DNA of 64,000 bases from Candidatus Daviesbacteria bacterium. GTDB taxonomy: Bacteria; Patescibacteriota; Microgenomatia; Daviesbacterales; UBA10151. Each line of letters starts with the position of its first letter. Within the stretch, counting starts at the first letter, position 1. The translations under genes were made by a program, and so were the position numbers. Location of the stretch: assembly GCA_016186955.1 (NCBI GenBank), contig JACPKP010000004.1:142563-206562 (forward strand), written 5' to 3'. The notes below the pieces were generated by a model that saw nothing but the letters and a program-made list of their open reading frames with translations, was not told the origin of the DNA and did no database searches. Shown here in pieces: positions 7,847 through 17,632 of this stretch.

Positions 7847-9571
7847 ATGATATTACTAGTTGCATTTGCATTTTTAGCCGGGGTTATAACAGTGCTCTCA
7901 CCGTGCATTCTACCAATACTACCAATTATTCTTACCTCAAGTATTGGCGGCCAAAATATTGGAAAGTCACGCCCCATGGGTGTGGTAATCGGGTTTGTCT
8001 TAAGCTTTACGTTTTTTACTCTTTTTCTCTCAACTATTGTCCGATTGAGCGGTATCTCAGCCGATACTCTGAGACTGGTTTCAGTATTTGTTATAGCAGG
8101 TTTTGGGGTATCGCTTCTAATCCCTAAGTTTCAGGTACTCGTTGAGAGGTTGTTTTCGAGGCTGGCAGGATTCATGCCAAGTAGCCAAAACAGAACGGGT
8201 TTTAGCGGTGGTTTACTGATAGGCCTTTCTGTAGGACTTCTCTGGACACCGTGTGTTGGCCCTATCCTTGCATCAGTCATTTCATTGGCTATTACCGGCT
8301 CTGTCACTTTTGATGCATTTCTCATTACTCTTTCTTACTCCCTAGGTACTGCAATTCCTATGTTCCTTATTATGTTGGGTGGACAAAATGCACTCAGTCG
8401 TGTTCCATGGCTTTTGGCAAATCTCGGTAACATTCAGAAACTATTTGGAGTCTTGATGATTCTTACAGCAATCGGAATATTTTTTAATATTGACCGGAAA
8501 TTTCAAACATTTGTCTTAACCACCTTTCCCCAGTATGGAGCAGGTCTGACGAAATTTGAAGATAATGAATTAATTAAAAATCAGCTTCAAAAAAAGAGTG
8601 GGACAGAGGTAAAAAAGGAAGATATGGGAAAACCCATGTTTGATTTGAATCAACCAAAAGGTCCGAAAGCGCCGGAAATTATTCCAGGGGGAGTATGGTT
8701 TAACCTGCCTGCCGGCAAGACAGGTAGCGATCCGCTCACGCTCGCAGAACTAAAAGGAAAAGTAGTGATTATTGATTTTTGGACCTACTCCTGTATCAAC
8801 TGTCAGAGAACCATGCCGTATCTGAAAAAATGGTGGGAAACATACAAAGATAAGGGGTTAGTAATTATCGGTGTTCATTCTCCTGAGTTTGAATTTGAGA
8901 AAAGCGGGAAGAATCTTGCGAAAGCGATCAAAGATTTTAAACTTCCATACCCTATCGTCCAAGACAACAATTTTGATACTTGGAAAGCGTATAACAATCG
9001 CTTCTGGCCAGCCAAATACATCATTGATAAAGAAGGATTTATTCGTTATACGCATTTTGGTGAGGGCGCTTATGATGAAACTGAGAAAGTTATCCAGGAT
9101 TTACTCAAAGAAATCGGAGCTAAGGATGTTTCATCTAAGATAAACAATCCAACATATCAGGTGCAAACGAAAACTCCGGAAATATACTTGGGGTATGGAC
9201 GCATTGATAACTTTGTATCACCTGAAAATATCAAAAAAGATACTCTGGGAACATACACGACACCTGTAAACCTTGGGAATAATCAGTTTGCATATACGGG
9301 CGCTTGGAATATCATGGAAGAATATGCTAATCCGCAAAAGGGGGCGAAGTTGGTTCTTGATTTTGAGTCAAAGGAAGTATTTCTGGTAATGCGCAGTAAA
9401 AACACTCCCGCGGCAGTTAAGGTCTATCTCGATGATAAATTGCAGGACTCCATCACTATTGATGCCGACAGACTATATAAACTTATTAACTTGCAAACAC
9501 CTGGTCGGCATATATTGCGTTTAGAATTTGAGGATAATAATATAGAACTTTATGCTTTTACCTTTGGATGA
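7847..9571 (+). CDS. DipZ-like fusion: CcdA/DsbD transmembrane electron-transfer domain + TlpA/redoxin-like thioredoxin domain + C-terminal beta-rich domain
   Basis: TM-embedded Cys residues (LSPCILP, WTPCVGP) match the CcdA pattern. 'WTYSCINCQ' is the redoxin CxxC. Domain order matches mycobacterial DipZ. Confidence 0.75.
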   Translation: MILLVAFAFLAGVITVLSPCILPILPIILTSSIGGQNIGKSRPMGVVIGFVLSFTFFTLFLSTIVRLSGISADTLRLVSVFVIAGFGVSLLIPKFQVLVERLFSRLAGFMPSSQNRTGFSGGLLIGLSVGLLWTPCVGPILASVISLAITGSVTFDAFLITLSYSLGTAIPMFLIMLGGQNALSRVPWLLANLGNIQKLFGVLMILTAIGIFFNIDRKFQTFVLTTFPQYGAGLTKFEDNELIKNQLQKKSGTEVKKEDMGKPMFDLNQPKGPKAPEIIPGGVWFNLPAGKTGSDPLTLAELKGKVVIIDFWTYSCINCQRTMPYLKKWWETYKDKGLVIIGVHSPEFEFEKSGKNLAKAIKDFKLPYPIVQDNNFDTWKAYNNRFWPAKYIIDKEGFIRYTHFGEGAYDETEKVIQDLLKEIGAKDVSSKINNPTYQVQTKTPEIYLGYGRIDNFVSPENIKKDTLGTYTTPVNLGNNQFAYTGAWNIMEEYANPQKGAKLVLDFESKEVFLVMRSKNTPAAVKVYLDDKLQDSITIDADRLYKLINLQTPGRHILRLEFEDNNIELYAFTFG

Positions 9572-9577
9572 ATTGCT

Positions 9578-9934
9578 ATGAATAAATTAACAGATGAGGA
9601 AAAAAGGATAATAATTGATAAGGGGACAGAAGCGCCTTTTACAGGCGTTTATGTCAATAATAAAGATACTGGTATTTACGTATGTAAACAGTGTGGAAAC
9701 CCCCTATATAACTCCAAGGATAAATTTGAATCATCTTGCGGATGGCCAAGTTTTGATGATGAAATTACGGGTGCGGTAAAAAAGACTGTGGATGCGGATG
9801 GAATACGTACTGAAATAACTTGCATGAAGTGCGGAGGACATTTAGGGCACTTATTTACTGGCGAAAGATTAACGACAAAAAACCTTCGTCATTGTGTGAA
9901 TTCAATATCAATGAAGTTTATCCCTGGAAAATAA
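9578..9934 (+). CDS. msrB: Peptide methionine sulfoxide reductase MsrB
   Basis: 118 aa. Two CxxC Zn knuckles ([21 protein letters not shown]) and 'CGWPSF' are present. Confidence 0.85.
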   Translation: MNKLTDEEKRIIIDKGTEAPFTGVYVNNKDTGIYVCKQCGNPLYNSKDKFESSCGWPSFDDEITGAVKKTVDADGIRTEITCMKCGGHLGHLFTGERLTTKNLRHCVNSISMKFIPGK

Positions 9935-10027
9935 TTTTAACCCAACAACTTTAAACAAACAAGGCAATGGCCAGGGGTTGGGATTACATGATATGTTATC
10001 CATGTTCAGCAGCTAGGCACAAAAGCA

Positions 10028-10105
10028 AAAGAGGAGGTGGGAAGCCCTGCCTGTCCTGACTGCCGTCAGGCAGGACGGCAGGCAGGTAATCCACCTGGAG
10101 GGTGT
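10028..10105. repeat. 78-bp GC-rich palindrome-containing repeat (MITE-like), copy 1
   Basis: Near-identical (1 mismatch) to 13276-13353. It contains cctgcctgtcctgactgccgtcaggcaggacggcaggcagg. Confidence 0.85.
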
Positions 10106-10475
10106 ACAAGCTACCGAGATTGTCCCTAACGGCCGCAAAAAGACTCTTCAGGCAATCATCAGAGGCAAGATTGATACAGAGGCAGTAGTCCATACTGATA
10201 AATGGAAAGGCTATGATGGGTTAGTTGATGTGGGATATGACAAACACAAGAGGATTAACCATTCCAAAACATTTTCCTATGGAAATGGAATCCACATTAA
10301 CGGTATTGAGAACTTTTGGAGTTTTACTAAAGGTAGACTTGCTAAATTTAGAGGAGTTAAGGTAAACTTTGAATATCACCTAAAGGAATGTGAATGGAGA
10401 TACAAGAAAACCAAACAACAACTTTACAAGGAGCTCATAGTTTTACTGTCATTTCAGAAAGCCCCAGCTTTTTAA
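10061..10475 (+). pseudogene. IS1595-family transposase remnant (C-terminal portion only)
   Basis: '...VVHTDKWKGYDGLVDVGYDKHKRINHSKTFSYGNGIHINGIENFWSFTKGRLAKFRGV' matches the IS1595/ISXO2 C-terminal catalytic region. The N-terminal two thirds are absent. Confidence 0.6.
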
Positions 10476-10497
10476 AGCTGGGGATGAATGAAATTAT

Positions 10498-10522
10498 GGA
10501 TTCCCGTCTTCGCGGGAATGAC
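10498..10522. repeat. RPE-like short palindromic repeat copy (ggattcccgtcttcgcgggaatgac)
   Basis: Member of the GTCATYCCCGC-loop-GCGGGRATCC family. A second hairpin, caccgcttt-tt-aaagcggtg, follows. Confidence 0.7.
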
Positions 10523-10610
10523 AGGAAGATGCACCGCTTTTTAAAGCGGTGTAGATTCACTAAAAGGATTTAACAAATCGTTAATCTCCTAGTCTAGTAC
10601 CTAAAAAATT

Positions 10611-11345
10611 ATGACCAAGGAAGAATTAGAGCACATATTAAAAAATCATGACATTGTCAAACCCAAGCTTGAGATTTTGCGATTAGCTGAGGAAATTAAT
10701 CCAGAGTTTAAAAATCCACATATTGTAGGTGGTTTTTTAAGGAATATTATTTTAGATGCTTTCCCAAGAGATTGTGATGTAATATTTCAAGGACACCAAC
10801 TTAATCAACCCGGAATCCTAGAAGCAGTTCAGGAGGCAGAAAAAAGATTAGGAATTGAGCCTTACCCAGACTGGGAATTTGAAAATACTACTGCAACCGG
10901 ACGTTCAGGAGATATTTACGAAGATAATGTCGGTAAGTATACTCACCATACTGACTATTTAACAATGCTTATAATGGACACTAAGGGAAACCTCCATATT
11001 GGCGGAGAAAAAACCTTACACGACCTAGAACACAGAATTTATGATTTACATTTTCCAGGAGTCTATATTTGGGCTACTCACAGAGGAGGTGGCCGAAGTT
11101 TCTTTAGTTGCTTGTCAGGAGATTTAATTAGAGCTTATTATCTAAGTCATGTATTAAAACTGACTCCTTCTGCTACTTCTGCCTTTTTGATGGGTGAATT
11201 TGATAATATTTTTAACAATCTTAATCCTGGGGACCAACAAGCTAGATTAGACTTTTGGTTTAAAAAGACTCATGGTGATCCAGCCTACCAACCTATCTTA
11301 GATAAATACGGAGTCACAGTCTTGAAAATTAAATTAGCTGATTAG
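10611..11345 (+). CDS. Pol-beta-superfamily nucleotidyltransferase-like protein
   Basis: 'IVGGFLRNIILDAFPRDCDVIF' resembles the CCA/polyA-polymerase head motif GGxVRD...DxD. Confidence 0.35.
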   Translation: MTKEELEHILKNHDIVKPKLEILRLAEEINPEFKNPHIVGGFLRNIILDAFPRDCDVIFQGHQLNQPGILEAVQEAEKRLGIEPYPDWEFENTTATGRSGDIYEDNVGKYTHHTDYLTMLIMDTKGNLHIGGEKTLHDLEHRIYDLHFPGVYIWATHRGGGRSFFSCLSGDLIRAYYLSHVLKLTPSATSAFLMGEFDNIFNNLNPGDQQARLDFWFKKTHGDPAYQPILDKYGVTVLKIKLAD

Positions 11346-11723
11346 AAATAGTAAAAAGTGCTATAATAGGTGCATGACCAGCGTTCAATTAGTAGATAAA
11401 AACAAAGGTCTTTCATGCGTTTAGAAATTTTAAGAAACGCTATTTAAACATAGGTAAAAAACCAAATGTAAAAAATCTTCTTCCTGAAGATGTCTATCAT
11501 AATATGCGTCTGGAAGGGGAAAAAATCTCTCGTAAACAAGCTTGAGCTCTTTTTAGATGAGTAAATCCACTAAACCTAAATCAGCGACTAGCTTCAAAGA
11601 AACTGCTTTTGGAATTTTACCACAACACATTGCGGTAATGGGATAAAAAAGGGATACTCAAAGCAGTGCGCTTTGGGCAACGCCGGGACAGGTGTTACCG
11701 AAAAGAGGATATACCTAAGTTGA

Positions 11724-12347
11724 TTGGTAAAAAACGATATGAATAATTTACCTGCTGGAATTGTTCTTTCAATAAAACCAAAGGAATATCTTGTACAAGG
11801 CTCTAGTCATTGCGGGGCTTATTCAGTAAAAGGCATATTAAGCGCATTTGGCAAAGATTATAAAGGACACCCAAAGGAATACCATCCAATCTTGTTAGGT
11901 AGGTTGACCGGAGGAACATTTGGGAGAAACTATTGGGTAAATGTCTTAAAACATCATGGCATCGATGCGGAATTTCAAACAGCCAAAAAATTATCTCCTG
12001 TTGAAAAAATTAATCTTCTGAAAAATCTTCTTGCAAAAAATACTCCCGTAATGATCCGCATAGGAAACGGTTATTTTAGAAGTAATACCTATAATCCAAT
12101 TTTAGGAAAAATTGTACCTCACTGGATAACGTTTTGGGGTTATGATGATAAAGAAAAAGTATTTTATGTTTATGATTCTGGATTGACCAAAAACCTTTAT
12201 GATAGAAATGTTCCAATAGGAAATACTAAAAGGACTTATGATGAGATTTTAAAAGATTGGAATTTTGGTGCATGGCAAGCTTGGACTTGGCATACTTCAC
12301 CACAAACCTATGCCTACATTAAAATAAATTCGGATAAAATTATATAA
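11724..12347 (+). CDS. Hypothetical protein (possible papain-like Cys/His fold)
   Basis: 'GSSHCGAYS' and downstream 'VPHWITFWGYD' suggest a Cys...His pairing. This is weak. Confidence 0.25.
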   Translation: MVKNDMNNLPAGIVLSIKPKEYLVQGSSHCGAYSVKGILSAFGKDYKGHPKEYHPILLGRLTGGTFGRNYWVNVLKHHGIDAEFQTAKKLSPVEKINLLKNLLAKNTPVMIRIGNGYFRSNTYNPILGKIVPHWITFWGYDDKEKVFYVYDSGLTKNLYDRNVPIGNTKRTYDEILKDWNFGAWQAWTWHTSPQTYAYIKINSDKII

Positions 12348-12349
12348 CT

Positions 12350-12736
12350 TTGGATAAACTAAAACATATTTTTCTTCTGTCATTGTTACTTATCTACGCT
12401 CACGGTGTTGAAGAAATTATAAATGGTTTTCAATATTCAGATTCATTTATGGTTTACGGTGCAAATTTGTTTAATACAACACCAGAAATTTTTTACTGGA
12501 TTTCTCATCTAATATGGTGGTTTTCCTTACCCTTACTATTTTTGGTATTCAATAAAAGTCGCTTAGGTTTATTCCTAATGACTTTATATGGTTTTGTGTT
12601 TTTTATTGAAATACACCACTCGATTAAAGGGTTTTTAGCCGGTCGCTATTATCCCGGCATGGTTACAGCGATGCTTTACCCAATTTTTGGGATTTTTTAT
12701 TGGAGGCAGCTTTTTAGCTTGAAATATTCAACTTAA
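12350..12736 (+). CDS. HXXEE-motif membrane protein
   Basis: 'AHGVEEI' lies in the first TM region. The protein is multi-pass hydrophobic. Confidence 0.35.
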   Translation: MDKLKHIFLLSLLLIYAHGVEEIINGFQYSDSFMVYGANLFNTTPEIFYWISHLIWWFSLPLLFLVFNKSRLGLFLMTLYGFVFFIEIHHSIKGFLAGRYYPGMVTAMLYPIFGIFYWRQLFSLKYST

Positions 12737-12753
12737 GTAAATATAATATCTCA

Positions 12754-13162
12754 ATGATTGAGAAAGAAAAATTTTCAACAAGCCAAACCTTAAGCCTACC
12801 AAGTATTCGGAAGACTCCTTTGACTAATGAAGATTCATTGGTTGTTAGTGGAAATATTGCCGTATTAACAGATGGAATGGGTGGGTCTCGTAATACGCGA
12901 ATGGCAAGTCGTTATGTTTCCGGTATGATTCTTGTTAAACATGAAAAATATGTTTAATGTTCAAACAGGAACCATTATGCTGCAAAAAAATGACAAATTA
13001 ATATTAACTTCAGACGGGGTGACTGATAATTTAACATCCGATGAGATTCTCAAAAATAGCAAAGATGCCATGACTATTGCACTGGCAGCGCATACCAGAT
13101 CTAAGACCCAGAGCTTCCGTTCCACTCCCGATGATGTAACAGTATTTTTGGGGGTTATTTAA
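12754..13162 (+). pseudogene. PP2C-like phosphatase remnant split by a frameshift
   Basis: ORF1 carries 'LTDGMGGS' (PP2C metal-binding motif) and ORF2 carries 'LILTSDGVTDNLTSDEIL' (C-terminal PP2C motif). The N-terminal half is missing. Confidence 0.4.
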
Positions 13163-13275
13163 ACTTAGTGTTGTAGAATATCTTCAAGGGTCTTCTATTT
13201 GATTCCTAGCTAACATATTTAAAAATGTTAACACAAATCAAACCAACTTTGGGAATTTAATATTTTTTATCCAAC

Positions 13276-13353
13276 AAAGAGGAGGTGGGAAGCCCTGCCT
13301 GTCCTGACTGCCGTCAGGCAGGACGGCAGGCAGGTAATCCATCTGGAGGGTGT
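13276..13353. repeat. 78-bp GC-rich MITE-like repeat, copy 2
   Basis: Identical to 10028-10105 except for one C/T difference. Confidence 0.85.
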
Positions 13354-13527
13354 CAATCTGGTTTTCTATAATACCCTCATGATTTACAAAGTTTACATCC
13401 TTAGAACTCCCTCAAATAATCTGTACATTGGTCAAACCAATGATCTAGAAAGAAGCACTTATTAAAGGAGACTTCGATACTTAAAAGAGATTGAATCTGG
13501 TAAAATAATACAGTAATAAAAACAACT

Positions 13528-14676
13528 ATGAAAATTCTGACTAATACCCAATCTGTCCAGATAGGTGGAATCACGCAATATAATGCATTATTCCAACAGT
13601 TCCTGGAGAAAAATAACAAAGAAGATACGCACATGATAGGTGTAGATGTTATAAGAAAATATTCTCTACACGAGGAATTATTGTATGGACGACATACAGA
13701 TGGGCAAGTTACTATTATTACCCAGGAAGTTTCCATACGAAGGATACAGGACGTTTTACCAATTATTAAATCAGTAAGAGATATAGAAGATGAGTATCAA
13801 AATATTATTGAGATATTTAAAAAAATAATCAAAGCAGAAAAACCTGATTTAATAGTTATTAATGGGACTTATTTTATCCCCTGGTGTCTATATTTAGCAA
13901 CAAAATCATTTAGTATTCCAATTATTCTCCATTATCACGGAATAATAACTAAAGAAACTGAGACTTGGAACTTGCATTCTCACTCGCTTATGAAGCAGAT
14001 GGAGCAGACCTTTGATAATAGTAGATTATACTATATCTTCCCTTCAAATTTAGCAAAAGAGGTGGTGGAAAATGAGGTATTTGGACACCAAATTCACCAG
14101 AGTGCTATTTTACCTAATCCAATACCAGCTAATTTTTTTGATGTCAATATTCTTGGTGGCACAAGAAATGTTGGAATTGTAGCCAGGTGGACAGACATTA
14201 AAAATACTGATTTTATAAAAAAGTTTGCAGAGCTAAATCAAAAAAATCATAATTTTTTTAAAATAAATATGGTAACGGATATTGATCAAATCCCAAATAA
14301 AGATATAGGGATTTCAAAGATAATTAATTTACATCATCCAATGTCTGCTTATAAATTAGGGGAGTTTTATGGAATTATGGGAACAATTATTTGCCCCTCT
14401 ACTTTTGAGACCTATGGGAATGTTCCGCAAGAGGCAATTGCTACTAGAACACCTGTTTTAATAGGTTCAAGTATGGGAATTGCCGAGGTATTTCGCCGGA
14501 TGGGTTTAGGCTATTTGATAACCGATTTTACTTTTGTAGAAGATGTGTTTGAAAAAGTTAAGGAAGTAGCTAAACTAGGAATAAGTGATAAAATGCGTAG
14601 AAGATTTAAAAAAACACTGTCTCCAGATCATGTATATCCTCAGTTACTGAATATATACAAATCAGCTACTAGATAA
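13528..14676 (+). CDS. GT4-family glycosyltransferase
   Basis: C-terminal 'FETYGNVPQEAIATRTPVLIGSSMG' is the GT4 E-x7-E-like block. Confidence 0.55.
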   Translation: MKILTNTQSVQIGGITQYNALFQQFLEKNNKEDTHMIGVDVIRKYSLHEELLYGRHTDGQVTIITQEVSIRRIQDVLPIIKSVRDIEDEYQNIIEIFKKIIKAEKPDLIVINGTYFIPWCLYLATKSFSIPIILHYHGIITKETETWNLHSHSLMKQMEQTFDNSRLYYIFPSNLAKEVVENEVFGHQIHQSAILPNPIPANFFDVNILGGTRNVGIVARWTDIKNTDFIKKFAELNQKNHNFFKINMVTDIDQIPNKDIGISKIINLHHPMSAYKLGEFYGIMGTIICPSTFETYGNVPQEAIATRTPVLIGSSMGIAEVFRRMGLGYLITDFTFVEDVFEKVKEVAKLGISDKMRRRFKKTLSPDHVYPQLLNIYKSATR

Positions 14677-14677
14677 A

Positions 14678-15847
14678 ATGAGAGAAATTGTACCTGGAAA
14701 AATTAATATCGGTATTGTATGTTCTTCTTCAATTGGAGGTAGCGGAGTTGTTGGGTCAGATCTTGCGAAGTATTTATCTAAAAACAATAAATACAAAATA
14801 GTTTATATAGGTTTTGACCTCCCCCTTCGTTTAAGTAGAAGTGATATTTTCTTCCATACAGTAAAAGCGGTTGAACATGCTCTATTTACTAATCCTTTAA
14901 GAGAAACGGCCTTAGTAGAAGGTATTATTGAAGCAGTAATTGAGCACAAACTTGATATAATCCATGCACATTTTGCTATTCCATTTGCCTATTGCGCTCT
15001 ACAAGCCCGAGAAATATTGAAAAGGATGGGCATAAATATAAAAGTGGTGACAACCTTGCATGGAACTGATGTTTTGACTTTAGGGCGTGAAGTTCCTGGA
15101 ACCATGAAATATGTACTAGAGCAAAGTAACGCTGTCACAGCCGTCTCCGTAGATTTAGCTGAAAAAGCGAAAAGGATTTACCATACACAGAAAAACATCA
15201 GAGTAATTTATAATTTCATTGACTTAAACCGTAACCTGAAACATAAGGCTAATTTACTTGGTAGTACAAATATCCCCAAAACAGATAAAAAGATTTTTAT
15301 CCATATCTCTAATTTCAGACCTATTAAAAAAGTTAACGATACTCTGAAAGTGTTTGCAAAGGTTAATAAACAGATCCCCTCTGTTTTGCTCCTAATAGGA
15401 GAAGGTCCAGAATTTGAAATAGCTAAGAAACTTTGTAAATCAGTGGACAAAAGTCAATCCATTCACTTTATGGGCATAGTAAAAAATCCTTACAAATATC
15501 TTCAAATAGCGGATGGATTAATTGTTACCTCCGAATATGAGAGTTTTTGTCTGGTCGGCTTAGAAGCAATGTCCTTTGGAGTTCCAGTGTTTAGTACCAA
15601 AGTAGGGGGTATTCCTGAGGTAGTAAAGCACGGGAAATCTGGATATCTTGCAAAATATGGTGATATAGAAGCTTTATCACAGTATATTATTAGACATTTT
15701 TCCTACAGCAATAAGGCCCTTTTGATAAAAGAACAAGCGCAAGAATTATCCAAAAATTTTGCAGCAGAAAATATTATCCCTCAATATGAGCAAATCTATC
15801 GACAGCTATACCTTTCCAAAAACCAAATTACCACTACTATGAGTTGA
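14678..15847 (+). CDS. GT4 glycosyltransferase, BshA/MshA-like
   Basis: N-terminal 'KINIGIVCSSSIGGSGVVGSDLAKYL...IIHAHFAIPFAYCA...TTLHGTDV' closely parallels BshA. The GT4 C-terminal block 'EYESFCLVGLEAMSFGVPVFSTKVGGIPEVV' is present. Confidence 0.7.
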   Translation: MREIVPGKINIGIVCSSSIGGSGVVGSDLAKYLSKNNKYKIVYIGFDLPLRLSRSDIFFHTVKAVEHALFTNPLRETALVEGIIEAVIEHKLDIIHAHFAIPFAYCALQAREILKRMGINIKVVTTLHGTDVLTLGREVPGTMKYVLEQSNAVTAVSVDLAEKAKRIYHTQKNIRVIYNFIDLNRNLKHKANLLGSTNIPKTDKKIFIHISNFRPIKKVNDTLKVFAKVNKQIPSVLLLIGEGPEFEIAKKLCKSVDKSQSIHFMGIVKNPYKYLQIADGLIVTSEYESFCLVGLEAMSFGVPVFSTKVGGIPEVVKHGKSGYLAKYGDIEALSQYIIRHFSYSNKALLIKEQAQELSKNFAAENIIPQYEQIYRQLYLSKNQITTTMS

Positions 15848-15931
15848 TGTAGTATGCTGTATATGTGCTTGATCCTGTCCAGTTAACAACTGAGGAGTTT
15901 GATTTACTGCTTGCTCATAAAAAGAGTTCAC

Positions 15932-16051
15932 TTGATTAACTTACCAGCTTATGCACCTGACCATAATCCACAGGAACATGTCTGGAAATATGGAAAGGAT
16001 AAAATTGCTAATACACAATGTGCACTTGACAGGATGTACAGAATTTTGTAA
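15932..16051 (+). pseudogene. IS630/Tc1-family transposase C-terminal remnant
   Basis: 'INLPAYAPDHNPQEHVWKYGKDKIANTQ' matches the IS630 C-terminal LPPYSPxLNPIExxW block. No intact transposase is present. Confidence 0.5.
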
Positions 16052-16060
16052 TATTGATGA

Positions 16061-16336
16061 ATGATTAAAACATTACCTATTACCAAAGCAAGAGAAGAAT
16101 TGACCAGTCTGGTTAATAAAGCCAACAAATTATTAGATGAATATATAATTACTGTAAATGGTTCTCCTGCAGCTGTTTTAATGTCTGCTGCAGAATATGA
16201 ATCCTGGAAAGAAACAACTGAAATTCTCGCTGATACACAATTGATGAAAGCAGTCAAAGAAGGCGAGGAGGATTTCAAAAAGGGAAAATTTGTTACATTT
16301 GATAAACTGAAAAAAGAGCTCAAGTTAAATGTTTAA
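16061..16336 (+). CDS. Phd/YefM-family antitoxin
   Basis: 91 aa. The 'ITVNGSPAAVLMSAAEYESWKETTEIL' fold signature is present. It overlaps the downstream toxin by 8 nt. Confidence 0.8.
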   Translation: MIKTLPITKAREELTSLVNKANKLLDEYIITVNGSPAAVLMSAAEYESWKETTEILADTQLMKAVKEGEEDFKKGKFVTFDKLKKELKLNV

Positions 16337-16580
16337 ATTATTGGTTTCCGTCAGAGCTCAAAAAAGAATCAAACTGCTTAAAACATCCCATCAGGAGGCT
16401 ATTTTATCCACTCTGCAGGAAATAAAAGAAGATCCTCTTATTGGCAAGTCCCTAACAAGGGAATTAAAAGGGCGATTTTCATACAGAGTTGGTATTTATA
16501 GGATAATCTATCGTGTTAATCAGCAGGATAAAACCATCCGCGTGTTAAATGCTGGACACCGGGCTACTATTTACAACTAG
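16329..16580 (+). CDS. RelE/ParE-family toxin
   Basis: 83 aa. 'YRIIYRVNQQDKTIRVLNAGHR' is the typical RelE/ParE C-terminus. Confidence 0.75.
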   Translation: MFKLLVSVRAQKRIKLLKTSHQEAILSTLQEIKEDPLIGKSLTRELKGRFSYRVGIYRIIYRVNQQDKTIRVLNAGHRATIYN

Positions 16581-16748
16581 CTACCCTTCTCATTGAAGTC
16601 TGTAGAAAACCGTGAGCTTTGACTTTAAATACCCAAATAACCCACACTATTACCTTCCATCCAACCTATATTTATGCAGGGTTTCAGGCAGTTTTTACCC
16701 TTGCCAAAATCAAAATTAATGCTTGTTGTTTTGGTAGAATAGTTAGGA

Positions 16749-17537
16749 ATGAAAAAAATTATTATTTTTTTGATAGTTATTTTACCCCTCATGATTTTTT
16801 TCATCATAAAAAGCAAACCCGCCCCGGCGCCTTCACCCGCTGCCCAACCTACCCTGAACAAAAACTCAAAACAGGTTAAATATCCCCAGGATTACACTTT
16901 AGTTTTAGTGGGGGATTCCATGACACAGATTTTAGGAAATTGTGATGAGCTTAAGGCGGATTTAAAAAAATACTACCCCAAAAAAAGCTTTGAGTGCTTA
17001 AATTACGGTTTTGGTTCAACAAATATTCTATCCCTTCAGGAACGTTTGGAAAAGGAAACATTCTTTGAGAGAAAATTCAGGCCGTTAACTGAGATTGATT
17101 TTGATGTGATACTGGTAGAGTCTTTTGGACACAACCCGCTTTCTAAATACCCCCTTGAGGAAGGCTTGAAGAAACAAACGGAGGCTTTACAGGAAGCTTT
17201 TACCACGCTGAAGAGAACAAACCCCAGGGCCAAAATACTCTTTATGGCAACTATTGCCCCAAGCATAAAAAAATACGGATTAGGGCAGGTCAACCTGAGC
17301 GCTGAAAAAAGAGGCGAGTGGGCCAGGGAGAGGGAGGCTTATATCAAAAACCATATTAATTTTGCCCAAACAAACAATATCCCGCTTATAAACATTTATC
17401 AGAAGTCCTTAAAAGATGGGGATTTAAATTTGGATCTTGTTTCCTCTTCTGATTATATTCACCCGTCCCCGACAGGGGTTTATTTTATTAGCCAGGAGAT
17501 AGCTGATTTTTTATACAACAATAAGATCCTAAGGTAA
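16749..17537 (+). CDS. SGNH/GDSL hydrolase, membrane-anchored
   Basis: N-terminal TM. 'LVGDSMTQ' is block I and 'DYIHPSPTG' is block V (DxxH). Confidence 0.6.
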   Translation: MKKIIIFLIVILPLMIFFIIKSKPAPAPSPAAQPTLNKNSKQVKYPQDYTLVLVGDSMTQILGNCDELKADLKKYYPKKSFECLNYGFGSTNILSLQERLEKETFFERKFRPLTEIDFDVILVESFGHNPLSKYPLEEGLKKQTEALQEAFTTLKRTNPRAKILFMATIAPSIKKYGLGQVNLSAEKRGEWAREREAYIKNHINFAQTNNIPLINIYQKSLKDGDLNLDLVSSSDYIHPSPTGVYFISQEIADFLYNNKILR

Positions 17538-17595
17538 TACCCACCTCTTCGCTAATTTTAGTATATTATATATTCAGTTTTAATTCTATAGGGTG

Positions 17596-17624
17596 TTGAC
17601 AGAAGCTAAAATAAATGCTATAGT
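17596..17624 (+). promoter_or_regulatory. Sigma70-like promoter TTGACA-17-TATAGT
   Basis: Read directly. It lies 9 nt upstream of the 17633 ATG, suggesting a near-leaderless transcript. Confidence 0.3.
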
Positions 17625-17632
17625 TAAATGCT

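Noticed and set aside
8701-8720. cctgcctgccggcaag inside the DipZ-like gene, resembling the MITE palindrome
   Set aside because: It is a short chance match within conserved coding sequence, and no flanking repeat similarity was found.
9996-10193. 65-aa minus-strand ORF
   Set aside because: It overlaps the 78-bp GC-rich repeat and the IS1595 remnant on the opposite strand. It is a GC-driven spurious ORF.
15949-16323. 124-aa minus-strand ORF
   Set aside because: It is fully antisense to the well-supported Phd/YefM antitoxin and IS630 remnant.
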